This document shows positions 42,915 to 51,862 of a DNA stretch of 64,000 nucleotides, piece by piece. The first letter of the stretch is position 1; each line of letters opens with the position of its first letter. The stretch comes from Clostridiales bacterium. GTDB lineage: Bacteria > Bacillota > Clostridia > Oscillospirales > CAG-272. The stretch is taken from NCBI GenBank assembly GCA_012800735.1, contig JAAZIU010000011.1:44542-108541 (forward strand), given 5' to 3'. The notes beneath the pieces were generated by a model. The model did not search any database. It saw only the letters and a program-made list of their open reading frames with translations, and was not told the origin of the DNA. The position numbers and the translations under genes were made by a program.

Positions 42915-44765
42915 ATGAAAAAGAGATTCCCGCTTTTGTTGTTATGTCTGCTTCTTGTGCTCCCGCTTGTATTTTCAAGCTGCGGCAAAAAGGCTAAGGA
43001 TGCGGAAACCACAAACGAAGACGGTACGACTGCCAGCTCATCAGATAATAAAGCTATGACAATCACGCTTTATTCAATCGTCAGCGACGGTACTACCGAA
43101 GAGGACATCGCGCGTATTCAAAAAGCTATTAACTCAATCACCGAAGCCGAATTCAACACACACATTCTCTGCAAATTCTATAAGGAAAGCGAATACGACT
43201 CGGTTATAGAAGAAAAGATTATTGCTGTTGAAGAGCAGATAAAGCTGGCTGAAGAAGAAGAAGCCGCCAGGAAAGCTGCCGCAAAAGCAGCGAGAGAAGC
43301 CGCTCGCGCAGCCGCTGCCGCCGGCGAGACAACCAAAGCCGAAACCACAACCGAAGAAACCACCGAAGTTGATGAAACAATTATCAACGAATATGGTATC
43401 GAGCAAACGGTATATCCCGAAGAGGACGGAACTCAGCTCGATATAATGCTTGTCAGAGGCAAGGATAATTTCCTTAAATATGTCGAGGACGGTTTGCTTT
43501 CCACCCTTGACGAGGAACTCTCTATAAACTCAAAGATCCTTAAAACTTATATTCATCCGACTTTCTTCTCAGCTGCTAAAGTGGGTTCATCCACATATGG
43601 AATACCTAACAACCATGTCGTCGGACAATACGAGTATCTCCTTCTCGATAAAGAGCTTATTGATAAATACAGCTACGACCCCGACTCTATCAATTCCGTC
43701 ATAAACGCCGAAAGCTATCTTGACGATATTATCAAGCATGAGCCGGGTGTCATACCGCTTATGAATGAGCCTTTCCCGCGAATTGAATATTACACGAGTG
43801 TTCCGAGTATTGTCGGAGCCGCCGTTCCGATAAATGCAAAGCCCGGAACAATGGCTAACCCCAATAATTTGCTTACGGTAAACGAGTTTATGAACAACTA
43901 TAAGCTCATGATAAAGTATCGTGAAGCAAACGCCATCGGCGCCGCCGGAGCAGCTATCGATGACGGTAACCGTTATGCAGCGGCCGTAATTACCGGTGAT
44001 GTTACGACACCCGATCTGTATGAAGAAAATTACTACGTAAACGTCTATAAGTATCCTCAGGCTACCAATGAAAATGTTTACAGCGGAATGTATTGCGTAA
44101 GCAGCTATACGGCTAATCTTTCGCGCTGCATGCAGGTTGTAAAACTGCTCACGACAGATCCTCAGCTCATCAATATACTTGCTTACGGAGTCGAGGGCGA
44201 AGACTATGAGCTTGATGAAAACGGCAAGGTTATTAAGCTCTCATCCACCTATTCGATGAAGATTGACTATGTCGGCAACCAGTTCATGCTGAGGCAGTCA
44301 ACCGATATGTCCGAGCTTGAAACCAAGCTTTCCGACAACAATTGGGAACTTGCCAAAAAGCAGAATCTTGATATGAGCTACAGCCCGTATCTCGGCTTTA
44401 GCTTGGCTTATACCAAGACCGATAAAGAAGGTAATGTCTCAGAACTCTTATCAAGCGATATGACCATAAAACAGATTATGGACGGTGTTGTTGAAACATC
44501 TCAGGGGTATCTTGATCAGATTGCCAGCTTTGTTCCTTATGAAGAGGAAATTGAAGAGACTTATTATGTCAAGACTGCTGCCGGTGATATCGAGCAGCGG
44601 ACTCGTCCGGCAGTCAGAACGGTTACGCTTGATGACTTTATCGCTACTTTAAGCGCGGAAGCAAAGGCTGACTTATATATTGCAGCCTGCCTCAACGGAG
44701 AAGATGAAAATTCTCCGCTGTCTCAGTACAGCGCATGGTATTCATCTAATTACGCAACCGAATAA
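42915..44765 (+). CDS. large extracellular solute-binding-like lipoprotein with an inserted Ala/Glu/Thr-rich low-complexity segment
   Basis: Signal peptide plus SSC cysteine, 616 aa, and a general LplA-type SBP layout more distant from the other four. A promoter TTGACA-17-TAAAAT lies at about 42846-42874. Confidence 0.5.
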   Translation: MKKRFPLLLLCLLLVLPLVFSSCGKKAKDAETTNEDGTTASSSDNKAMTITLYSIVSDGTTEEDIARIQKAINSITEAEFNTHILCKFYKESEYDSVIEEKIIAVEEQIKLAEEEEAARKAAAKAAREAARAAAAAGETTKAETTTEETTEVDETIINEYGIEQTVYPEEDGTQLDIMLVRGKDNFLKYVEDGLLSTLDEELSINSKILKTYIHPTFFSAAKVGSSTYGIPNNHVVGQYEYLLLDKELIDKYSYDPDSINSVINAESYLDDIIKHEPGVIPLMNEPFPRIEYYTSVPSIVGAAVPINAKPGTMANPNNLLTVNEFMNNYKLMIKYREANAIGAAGAAIDDGNRYAAAVITGDVTTPDLYEENYYVNVYKYPQATNENVYSGMYCVSSYTANLSRCMQVVKLLTTDPQLINILAYGVEGEDYELDENGKVIKLSSTYSMKIDYVGNQFMLRQSTDMSELETKLSDNNWELAKKQNLDMSYSPYLGFSLAYTKTDKEGNVSELLSSDMTIKQIMDGVVETSQGYLDQIASFVPYEEEIEETYYVKTAAGDIEQRTRPAVRTVTLDDFIATLSAEAKADLYIAACLNGEDENSPLSQYSAWYSSNYATE

Positions 44766-44797
44766 ACACCCTGATGCTAAAGTAATATATAAATGTC

Positions 44798-44833
44798 AAG
44801 AAGCCTGAAAGAATCTCTTTCGGGCTTCTTTTA
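44798..44833 (+). terminator. rho-independent terminator
   Basis: Stem aagaagcc/ggcttctt followed by T residues. Confidence 0.7.
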
Positions 44834-44847
44834 CGAGGAGTATGATT

Positions 44848-45951
44848 ATGAATATTGACTTTTATATGCCGGTAAAAATATTTTCAGGCGAAGGTTGTGT
44901 TTCGGCGAACCAAAATCTGTTTGATATAGGCAAAAAAGCGCTTATAGTTACTGACGCCGAGTCAGCCGTCATCTCCGGTGCGCTTGAGGATGTTTCGTCT
45001 GCGCTTGATTCTCTTGGGATCGGTTTTACGGTATTTAACAAAATCAGGGAAAATCCGCTTATATTAACTTACTTTGAAGGTGGAACAACGGCAAGGAATA
45101 TTTGCGCAGATTTTATTATCGGTATCGGCGGCGGATCGTCAATGGACGCAGCCAAAGCGATAGCAGCGTATGCGTCTAACCCGGATATTAAACCTGAGGA
45201 GATATTTGAGTCGGGATTAAAACCATCGCTGCCTCTTATTTTAATACCGACAACCGCGGGAACCGGCAGCGAGGGAAATTTGATTTCGGTCTTGTCGATT
45301 GACGGCAAACACTGCAAAAAGAATTTCAAAAGCGACTATTCATATGCGAAATACTCTTTTGTTGATCCCAGGTATACATATACGCTTCCGTATTATTATA
45401 CCGTCAGCACAGCTCTTGACGCTTTCTGCCATTGTTTTGAATCATATCTTTCTCCGAAATCATCCGCAATTACCCGCGCGCTTGCAGTTGACGGCGCAAG
45501 GGATATCTGGAAGATTCTTTGTGAAATTTCGCCGGAATTTCCTTTAACGTATGATCAGAGGCGTCTGCTCGCATATGCTGCCTGCAGAGGCGGTATTGTG
45601 ATAAACGGAACCGGCACGGGTTTTCCGCATTCACTCGGCTATAACCTGACTATGTATCATGGCATTCCTCACGGCAGGTCCTGCGCTTCTTTCACCGGCG
45701 AATACATTCGCTATAACATGTTGGACACCGAGGGCAGTCGCCTTATCAAAGAGTTTGCAGAGAAGATAGGTTCATCGCCTGAGCTGATTGCTGAAAGTAT
45801 CCCTAAATGGGCAAATGTGAAACTGACACTTACCACTGATGAGATAAATATATTTATCCGACAGGTAGGTAACGCGGTAAATTATAAAAACTCACCTTAT
45901 GTTATTAATGAAACTGAAATGAAGCAAATCTATTCAAAGCTTTTCGGCTGA
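44848..45951 (+). CDS. iron-containing (group III) alcohol dehydrogenase family protein
   Basis: GIGGGSSMDAAKA, IPTTAGTGSE, DAFCHCFESY and YHGIPHG. GAGGAG lies 7 nt before ATG 44848. Confidence 0.8.
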   Translation: MNIDFYMPVKIFSGEGCVSANQNLFDIGKKALIVTDAESAVISGALEDVSSALDSLGIGFTVFNKIRENPLILTYFEGGTTARNICADFIIGIGGGSSMDAAKAIAAYASNPDIKPEEIFESGLKPSLPLILIPTTAGTGSEGNLISVLSIDGKHCKKNFKSDYSYAKYSFVDPRYTYTLPYYYTVSTALDAFCHCFESYLSPKSSAITRALAVDGARDIWKILCEISPEFPLTYDQRRLLAYAACRGGIVINGTGTGFPHSLGYNLTMYHGIPHGRSCASFTGEYIRYNMLDTEGSRLIKEFAEKIGSSPELIAESIPKWANVKLTLTTDEINIFIRQVGNAVNYKNSPYVINETEMKQIYSKLFG

Positions 45952-46031
45952 AAACTTAATTTTCCCCGGATTGGGGCAATAATATATGTAAGAAGAAATA
46001 TATGAATTGGAATTATGGAGTTAACAATAAT

Positions 46032-47150
46032 ATGAAATCAACGAATATCAATATTGATTTTTATATGCCGGTCAGGATAATTTCAGGTGAAGGCTGCATC
46101 GCGGCAAACCAATGCTTATTCGGCATCGGCAAAAAGGCTTTGATTGTCACCGGCGCTCATTCGGCTAAGAAATCAGGAGCGCTTGGCGACGTCACATCTG
46201 CGCTTGATTCGCTCGGAATTGGTTATTCGGTTTTTGATAGAATTATGGAAAACCCGCTTGTTTCTGTCTGCTATGAGGGCGGAGCAGCGGCAAGAGAATT
46301 CGGCGCGGATTTTGTTATAGGTATCGGCGGCGGTTCGGCAATGGATGCAGCAAAAGCTGTCGCAGCTTTTGCGTCAAACCCGAATCTCCCGCCCGAAGGA
46401 ATATTCGATCCCGAATTAACCCCCTCGCTGCCTTTGATTTTAATCCCGACGACCGCCGGAACCGGAAGCGAAGCAAATATGATCTCGGTTTTGACGCTCG
46501 ACGGGAAGGATGCAAAGAAGAGCTTCAAAAGCGATTATTCATATCCGAAGTACGCTTTTGTCGATCCGGTTTATACATATTCGCTTTCATATGATTATAC
46601 GATAAGCACCGCGCTTGATGCCTTCTGCCATTGCATCGAATCTTATCTTTCCCCGAAATCTTCCGAGATTACCCGCGTTTTAGCGACAGACGGCGCAAGA
46701 GATATATGGAAGGTTCTTAGTGAAATATCACCCGAAACTCCAATTTCAGAAGAACAGCGGCGCCTGCTTGCGTATGCTTCCTGCAGAGGCGGCATAGCGA
46801 TTAACGGTACCGGCACCGGTTTTCCTCATCCGCTTGGCTATAATCTGACAATGTATCATGGAATACCTCACGGTAAAGCTTGCGCCGCTTTTACAGGTGA
46901 ATATCTGTATTATAACATGAAAAGCAACGACGGAAGACAGCTCATAACCCGTTTTGCTGACTTGATTGGCGCGTCTCCTGAGCTTATCGCCGAAAATCTT
47001 CCCGGGTGGGCAGGTATAAAACTTAAACTTTCCTCTGATGAAATCGACTTATTTATCCGACAGGTTGGCGGCGCTTCAAACTATAAAAACTCACCTTATA
47101 TAATCAACGAAATCGAAATGAGGGAAATCTACTCAAAACTTTTCAGTTGA
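46032..47150 (+). CDS. iron-containing alcohol dehydrogenase family protein, tandem paralog
   Basis: About 70% aa identity to the upstream gene by eye, with the same motifs. The start was chosen by alignment to the paralog, and ATG 46002 is also possible. Confidence 0.8.
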   Translation: MKSTNINIDFYMPVRIISGEGCIAANQCLFGIGKKALIVTGAHSAKKSGALGDVTSALDSLGIGYSVFDRIMENPLVSVCYEGGAAAREFGADFVIGIGGGSAMDAAKAVAAFASNPNLPPEGIFDPELTPSLPLILIPTTAGTGSEANMISVLTLDGKDAKKSFKSDYSYPKYAFVDPVYTYSLSYDYTISTALDAFCHCIESYLSPKSSEITRVLATDGARDIWKVLSEISPETPISEEQRRLLAYASCRGGIAINGTGTGFPHPLGYNLTMYHGIPHGKACAAFTGEYLYYNMKSNDGRQLITRFADLIGASPELIAENLPGWAGIKLKLSSDEIDLFIRQVGGASNYKNSPYIINEIEMREIYSKLFS

Positions 47151-47163
47151 AATACAAAATACA

Positions 47164-47211
47164 AAAGAACGGACCCTGTGCCGAAGATTCCGGAACAGGG
47201 TCTTGTTCTTT
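47164..47211. terminator. bidirectional rho-independent terminator
   Basis: Long stem aagaacggaccctgt/acagggtcttgttctt between convergent genes. Confidence 0.85.
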
Positions 47212-47323
47212 ATATTGCAGAGCCGGATTAAAGCAATTCAATTCCGGCAGCGGCGCAGGTAACGGCGGTGTCTTTGTGAAATAAATACTGTTGATAAAGG
47301 ATATAACTTCGATTAAAAGGAAT

Positions 47324-48562
47324 TTAATGATTTTCTATTTTGTTCTTCTTTTTAATCTCGCGCCGGACGTTTATAATTATGGTAAGACCGATTACCAATA
47401 TAAGCATTACCGGTGTCATCCAGGGAGAAGATCTCACATCGCTCAATATACCGGTCCAAAGCGAGTCAATTAATTTTGTCGTCGTTTCGGGAAGGGCGAT
47501 ATATATCTCATCTTTAAGCATATCTTCCGGATCCGGATACCTGATTTTATCATCTCGTATTTCATCCGGAAGGGAATCATACGATTCTTGCTGCGGTACC
47601 GAGTAACCGATATATATCGAATTTTCCCGAGCAACAAGGGTTTCGGTAACAAAGTTGATATACATTTCGGCTGCCGCTTTATTTCGCGCGCCTTTAGGTA
47701 TGCACATCGCGTCGAGGAAAAGGTTTGTTCCTTCATCGGGTACTACAAACGCAAGATCAGGATTATCCTCCATCATGACTATTGCGTCTCCGGCATAATA
47801 AGGTGCCAGAGCCGCCTCTCCTCCGCCCATCTTGTCATAGATTTCATCCATAACATAAGCCTGAACAAGCAGTTTCTGCTCCTTTAGCGCCTGCGCGACA
47901 GCGCGAAGCTCCTTTTCGTCGGTAGTATTCATAGAATATCCGAGACGGGCGCAGGTTATGGCGAAGGCATCGCGGGAATTGGAGAACATCAGTATATTGT
48001 TGGCGTATTTCTCGTTCCAGAGGATGTTCCAGCTGTGAACATTGTCTTCCTCGTCGACCATGGTTGTATTGTATATAATACCGATACGTCCCCACATATA
48101 CGGAACCGAATATTCATTAGTCGGGTCGTATTCGGGATTCTTGTACCGTTCCATGATCTTTGAAAAATTCGGGATATTGGAATAATCCAATTTTTCGAGC
48201 AGATTCTCTTTTATCAGTCTTGAAACCATGTAATCGGAAGGGATAATAATGTCATAAGTGGAGCCGCCGGATTTTAGCTTGGCGTAGAGTTCTTCGTTGG
48301 AAGCAAAGTTTGAATAGTTGACACCTATTCCGGTAAGCTCTTCAAACTCGGCGTTGACATCGAAGGAACCGTCGCCGGTGTCTACAGACATATATTCGCC
48401 CCAGTTGTAAACATTGATTGTAATATTTTCTTCGGAATACTTTCTCCAGTCAATATCGTCGGAGTAGGGGATATCCCAACCGCTGTCAAGCGCGAAAACC
48501 GAAAGGGTCAAAGCCAAAACGACAAAGAGAAGAGAAAACAGGCGAAAAATAGTTTTCTTCAT
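47324..48562 (-). CDS. potD: spermidine/putrescine ABC transporter substrate-binding protein with an extra C-terminal TM helix
   Basis: PotD-like body (YDIIIPSDYM, VPYMWG) and last gene of the pot operon. The N-terminal signal has no Cys, and the C-terminus is WMTPVMLILVIGLTIIINV plus a basic tail. Confidence 0.8.
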   Translation of the reverse strand: MKKTIFRLFSLLFVVLALTLSVFALDSGWDIPYSDDIDWRKYSEENITINVYNWGEYMSVDTGDGSFDVNAEFEELTGIGVNYSNFASNEELYAKLKSGGSTYDIIIPSDYMVSRLIKENLLEKLDYSNIPNFSKIMERYKNPEYDPTNEYSVPYMWGRIGIIYNTTMVDEEDNVHSWNILWNEKYANNILMFSNSRDAFAITCARLGYSMNTTDEKELRAVAQALKEQKLLVQAYVMDEIYDKMGGGEAALAPYYAGDAIVMMEDNPDLAFVVPDEGTNLFLDAMCIPKGARNKAAAEMYINFVTETLVARENSIYIGYSVPQQESYDSLPDEIRDDKIRYPDPEDMLKDEIYIALPETTTKLIDSLWTGILSDVRSSPWMTPVMLILVIGLTIIINVRREIKKKNKIENH

Positions 48563-49479
48563 TGTTTTTCGCCTCCGTTTGTGTTATCTTTGTCTTTAGC
48601 ACCGATATATCCGCTGTTGTTCTCAGCGGCAACAGTCGAGGATGAGGCTCCTCTGAGTTGTCTTGTAAATCTGATATCTTGGATTGCCCGGCGTTCAAGC
48701 TGCTTTTCGCGGCGTTCATCACGGCTTCCGGCAAAATTGACTATTAATAGGACAACCAAAACGACAACAAATATTATTGCCGACAGCGCGTTTACCTCAG
48801 GTGAAACCTTTCGGCGAGTCATAGAAAATATAGTTATCGACAGCGTCTGACTGGTAGGACCGTAGGTGAAATAGCTGATTACGAAGTCATCTATCGAATA
48901 TGTAAAGCTCATCAGGAATCCGGAAATGATACCCGGCATAATCTCGGGTATAACTACCCTCATGAATGCCTGACGCGGGCTGCATCCGAGATCCAGGGCG
49001 GCTTCATAGAGATGCCGGTCCATCTGCCGCAGTTTCGGCAAGACATTGAGTATTACATATGACAGACAGAAGGACATATGCGCAAGTATAAGCGTTATAT
49101 ATCCAAGATTGATTTTGCAGGAAACAAAGAGAAGCATCAGCGAAACGCCGGTTACAATCTCGGGGTTCATTATCGGGAGATAGGTAATATTGATAAGTAA
49201 CGATCTCGGAACCTTCCTCATCGAATAAATACCTATGGCGGCAAGAGTGCCGAGAAGGGTAGAGAGAACAGAGGCAATGGCAGCGACTATCAGCGTATTT
49301 CCCAGAGAATTTATAATCGCTTGATTAGAGAAAAGTCGTTTGTACCAGTCGAAAGTGAATCCGGTCCAGACAGAGCGGCTTTTAGATGCGTTGAAGCTGT
49401 TTACGATTAGTACTATTATAGGGATATAAAGGAAGGCGAATACTACCCATAGGTAAATTCTTGAAATAGCTTTTTTCAT
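48559..49479 (-). CDS. potC: spermidine/putrescine ABC transporter permease
   Basis: Six-TM permease with the EAA-type loop EAALDLGCSPRQAF. It has an ATGA overlap with potD. Confidence 0.85.
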   Translation of the reverse strand: MKKAISRIYLWVVFAFLYIPIIVLIVNSFNASKSRSVWTGFTFDWYKRLFSNQAIINSLGNTLIVAAIASVLSTLLGTLAAIGIYSMRKVPRSLLINITYLPIMNPEIVTGVSLMLLFVSCKINLGYITLILAHMSFCLSYVILNVLPKLRQMDRHLYEAALDLGCSPRQAFMRVVIPEIMPGIISGFLMSFTYSIDDFVISYFTYGPTSQTLSITIFSMTRRKVSPEVNALSAIIFVVVLVVLLIVNFAGSRDERREKQLERRAIQDIRFTRQLRGASSSTVAAENNSGYIGAKDKDNTNGGEKQ

Positions 49480-50420
49480 CAGAGCAGCACCCCTTCTATG
49501 TTATCTTCATTATCGAGTTGATTCGTAATGGACATGCAAAGGAGAATAAACGCCATAAGCACCAGCGATATTGCGGCTCCGAGATTAGGATTATATGCGT
49601 TTCCGAGGAATTGCAGGTCGATAAGGTCGCCTATCAGGAGGTTTGTGCCGCCGCCGAGCATTCTGGAGATTATGAAAGTCGAGATTGCGGGAACAAAAAC
49701 CATCGTTATTCCGGTAGCAATTCCCGGCATAGAAAGCGGCAGAATGACGCGGGAAAATGTCTGGAAAACATTTGCTCCGAGGTCGGCGGAAGCTTCCAGT
49801 GTCGTATCCTGAATTTTAACCATTATAGAATACAGAGGCAGAATCATAAACGGAAGGTAATTGTATACCATTCCGAGAACAACTGCTCCCTGTGTGTTTA
49901 TCATCTGGAAAGGTCCGATACTTAAGAATGACAGGAATTTATTAATCCATCCGTTTTTTTCAAGCAGCGTCATCCATGCGTATGTGCGAAGCAGGAAATT
50001 CATCCACATCGGAAGCATAACAAGCATTATCATAACCTTCTGCCTGTTTGCGTTTCCTCGCGAGATGGCAAAGGACATGGGATAAGCGATAACAAGGCAG
50101 ATAGCGGTCGCTATTGCGGCAAGCCAAAGACTTTTAAACAATACCGGCAGATAGTCATTAACTTTGAAGATGTTATCAAGTGTGAAGATGGTGCGCTCGT
50201 CAAGCTGCAGTTCTTCTTCGGTGCCGTTTTCCTCGTTGTATTCTGCGAGCTCTTCCTCCATAACGGAGACTTCCTCAGCAGACAGGACGTTTCCCTCGCT
50301 GTCAACTTTTACGGTAGTGGTAAAAGCGAATACGGCGATAAGCGCCATCGGTACGATTATAAAAATCAATACCCACAGTATGTATGGCGCAGCGGTTAGT
50401 TTTGTAGCCTTAAAGTTCAT
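49479..50420 (-). CDS. potB: spermidine/putrescine ABC transporter permease
   Basis: Permease with [15 protein letters not shown] and a long acidic first external loop. Confidence 0.85.
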   Translation of the reverse strand: MNFKATKLTAAPYILWVLIFIIVPMALIAVFAFTTTVKVDSEGNVLSAEEVSVMEEELAEYNEENGTEEELQLDERTIFTLDNIFKVNDYLPVLFKSLWLAAIATAICLVIAYPMSFAISRGNANRQKVMIMLVMLPMWMNFLLRTYAWMTLLEKNGWINKFLSFLSIGPFQMINTQGAVVLGMVYNYLPFMILPLYSIMVKIQDTTLEASADLGANVFQTFSRVILPLSMPGIATGITMVFVPAISTFIISRMLGGGTNLLIGDLIDLQFLGNAYNPNLGAAISLVLMAFILLCMSITNQLDNEDNIEGVLL

Positions 50421-51531
50421 TGACTGCCCCCTCCGCGAGGGTGGTTTGCCCCTCTTCGTTAAGGGTATAGCGACTAATTTTCGGCATTGCGCTCTTTTTC
50501 ATTACATGAATGCTGTCGGGAGCGATGTTCATCGCGACAATTTCACCGACTTTTGCGCTCTTTGTTGAGTGGACAAGCCAGATATCCGATCCGACTCGGA
50601 TAATCATTTCATAATGGACACCCTTGAAAGTTATCGTTTCGACAACGCCGTTCAGAGTATCCGGAGTAGCTTCTGAAAGCTCGATGTCTTCCGGTCTTAC
50701 TACAACGTCAACTTCTTCCATTTCACCGAAACCCTTGTCGATGCAGTCGAAGTTGCTGCCTGCGAATTCGACGAAATAGTCGCGATGCATGATACCGGGC
50801 AGGATATTCGATTCGCCTATGAAGTTTGCTACAAATGCATTTACAGGTTCGTTGTAAATATCCTGGGGAGTACCGATCTGTTGTATTATGCCCTCATTCA
50901 TGACAACGACCGTATCTGACATTGTTAAGGCTTCTTCCTGGTCGTGTGTAACATACACGAAGGTGATAGACATTCGTCTTTGAATTTTTTTGAGCTCTAT
51001 CTGCATATCTTTACGCAGTTTGAGGTCAAGCGCGCCAAGCGGCTCGTCAAGCAGCAACACTTTGGGATTGTTCACCAGGGCGCGGGCTATGGCAACGCGC
51101 TGTTGTTGGCCGCCGGAAAGCCGCTCAACATTGCGTTTTTCAAACCCTTCCAGTTCGACAATGTCGATCATTTCCATAACGCGCCGTTCGATTTCTTTTT
51201 TTGGCGTTTTTGCTACGCGAAGTCCGAAGGCAATGTTGTCGAAAACATTCAGGTGCGGGAACAGCGCATACTTTTGAAAAATGGTGTTAAGCTCGCGTTT
51301 ATACGGCGGGACATCATTAATGCGCTTACCGTTGAACATCACGTCGCCGCTGTCGGGATTGGTAAAGCCGCCTATAATCCGCAGCGTTGTGGTTTTTCCG
51401 CAGCCGGAAGGTCCAAGGAGCGTCAAAAACTCCTTGTCATGGATATCAAGTGAGATATGGTCAAGAACCATTTCTCCGCCGAACTGTTTCGTTATGTTTT
51501 TCAGTTCGATGATTTTGTTTTTATTTTCCAT
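50410..51531 (-). CDS. potA: spermidine/putrescine ABC transporter ATP-binding protein
   Basis: [35 protein letters not shown] and a C-terminal TOBE-like domain. The start is trimmed to [11 protein letters not shown] (ATG 51531). Confidence 0.9.
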   Translation of the reverse strand: MENKNKIIELKNITKQFGGEMVLDHISLDIHDKEFLTLLGPSGCGKTTTLRIIGGFTNPDSGDVMFNGKRINDVPPYKRELNTIFQKYALFPHLNVFDNIAFGLRVAKTPKKEIERRVMEMIDIVELEGFEKRNVERLSGGQQQRVAIARALVNNPKVLLLDEPLGALDLKLRKDMQIELKKIQRRMSITFVYVTHDQEEALTMSDTVVVMNEGIIQQIGTPQDIYNEPVNAFVANFIGESNILPGIMHRDYFVEFAGSNFDCIDKGFGEMEEVDVVVRPEDIELSEATPDTLNGVVETITFKGVHYEMIIRVGSDIWLVHSTKSAKVGEIVAMNIAPDSIHVMKKSAMPKISRYTLNEEGQTTLAEGAVNEL

Positions 51532-51602
51532 CTTTTTTGAATGGTACTCCTTTGTCCGGTTATTATGATGTTGAACTTTAAAAGCATTATCGCCGTTCCG
51601 GT

Positions 51603-51630
51603 AAAAAAACATTCGGCAATCGCCCGAACG
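51603..51630 (-). promoter_or_regulatory. candidate transcription attenuator (intrinsic-terminator hairpin plus U7) in the potA leader
   Basis: On the minus strand, cgttcgg-gcgattg-ccgaatg forms a 7-bp stem with one G-U pair and is followed by TTTTTTT. It lies between the promoter and the potA ATG. Confidence 0.5.
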
Positions 51631-51668
51631 GCAAAACAAATCCGGAAATATACGATAACGCTGATAAT

Positions 51669-51697
51669 ATTTTATCATATAAAAATGAACAGTTCAA
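51669..51697 (-). promoter_or_regulatory. sigma-70 type promoter of the pot operon
   Basis: Minus strand: TTGAAC, a 17-nt spacer, then TAAAAT. Confidence 0.6.
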
Positions 51698-51768
51698 TCA
51701 ATGTAACTAAAAAAAACCGAATTTAGTTAAATAATTTCAAGTATTTACACTGCATTTCACAAACTGTC

Positions 51769-51797
51769 TTGACTTGAGTTGTAAATGAATGTATAAT
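51769..51797 (+). promoter_or_regulatory. sigma-70 type promoter of the 51863 lipoprotein gene
   Basis: TTGACT, a 17-nt spacer, then TATAAT. Confidence 0.7.
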
Positions 51798-51862
51798 AAT
51801 AAGGAAATGCCGGGTTGATTTTAAAATTGCTCTAACAATATTTATTTTCACAGGAGGACAGC

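Noticed and set aside
43230-43390. Repetitive-looking GAA/GCC-rich stretch
   Set aside because: It is in-frame low-complexity coding sequence (EEEEAARKAAAKAAREAARAAAAAGETTKAETTTEETTE) within the lipoprotein. It is not a CRISPR array or a non-coding tandem repeat.
51532-51678. 49-codon N-terminal extension of potA in the ORF track
   Set aside because: The extension runs through the promoter -10 box and the terminator-like hairpin. Homology-like sequence starts at [11 protein letters not shown]. Similar over-extensions were trimmed for the ORFs starting at 21006, 39691, 37860, 26824, 7160, 5343, 18524, 29540, 58827 and 61068.
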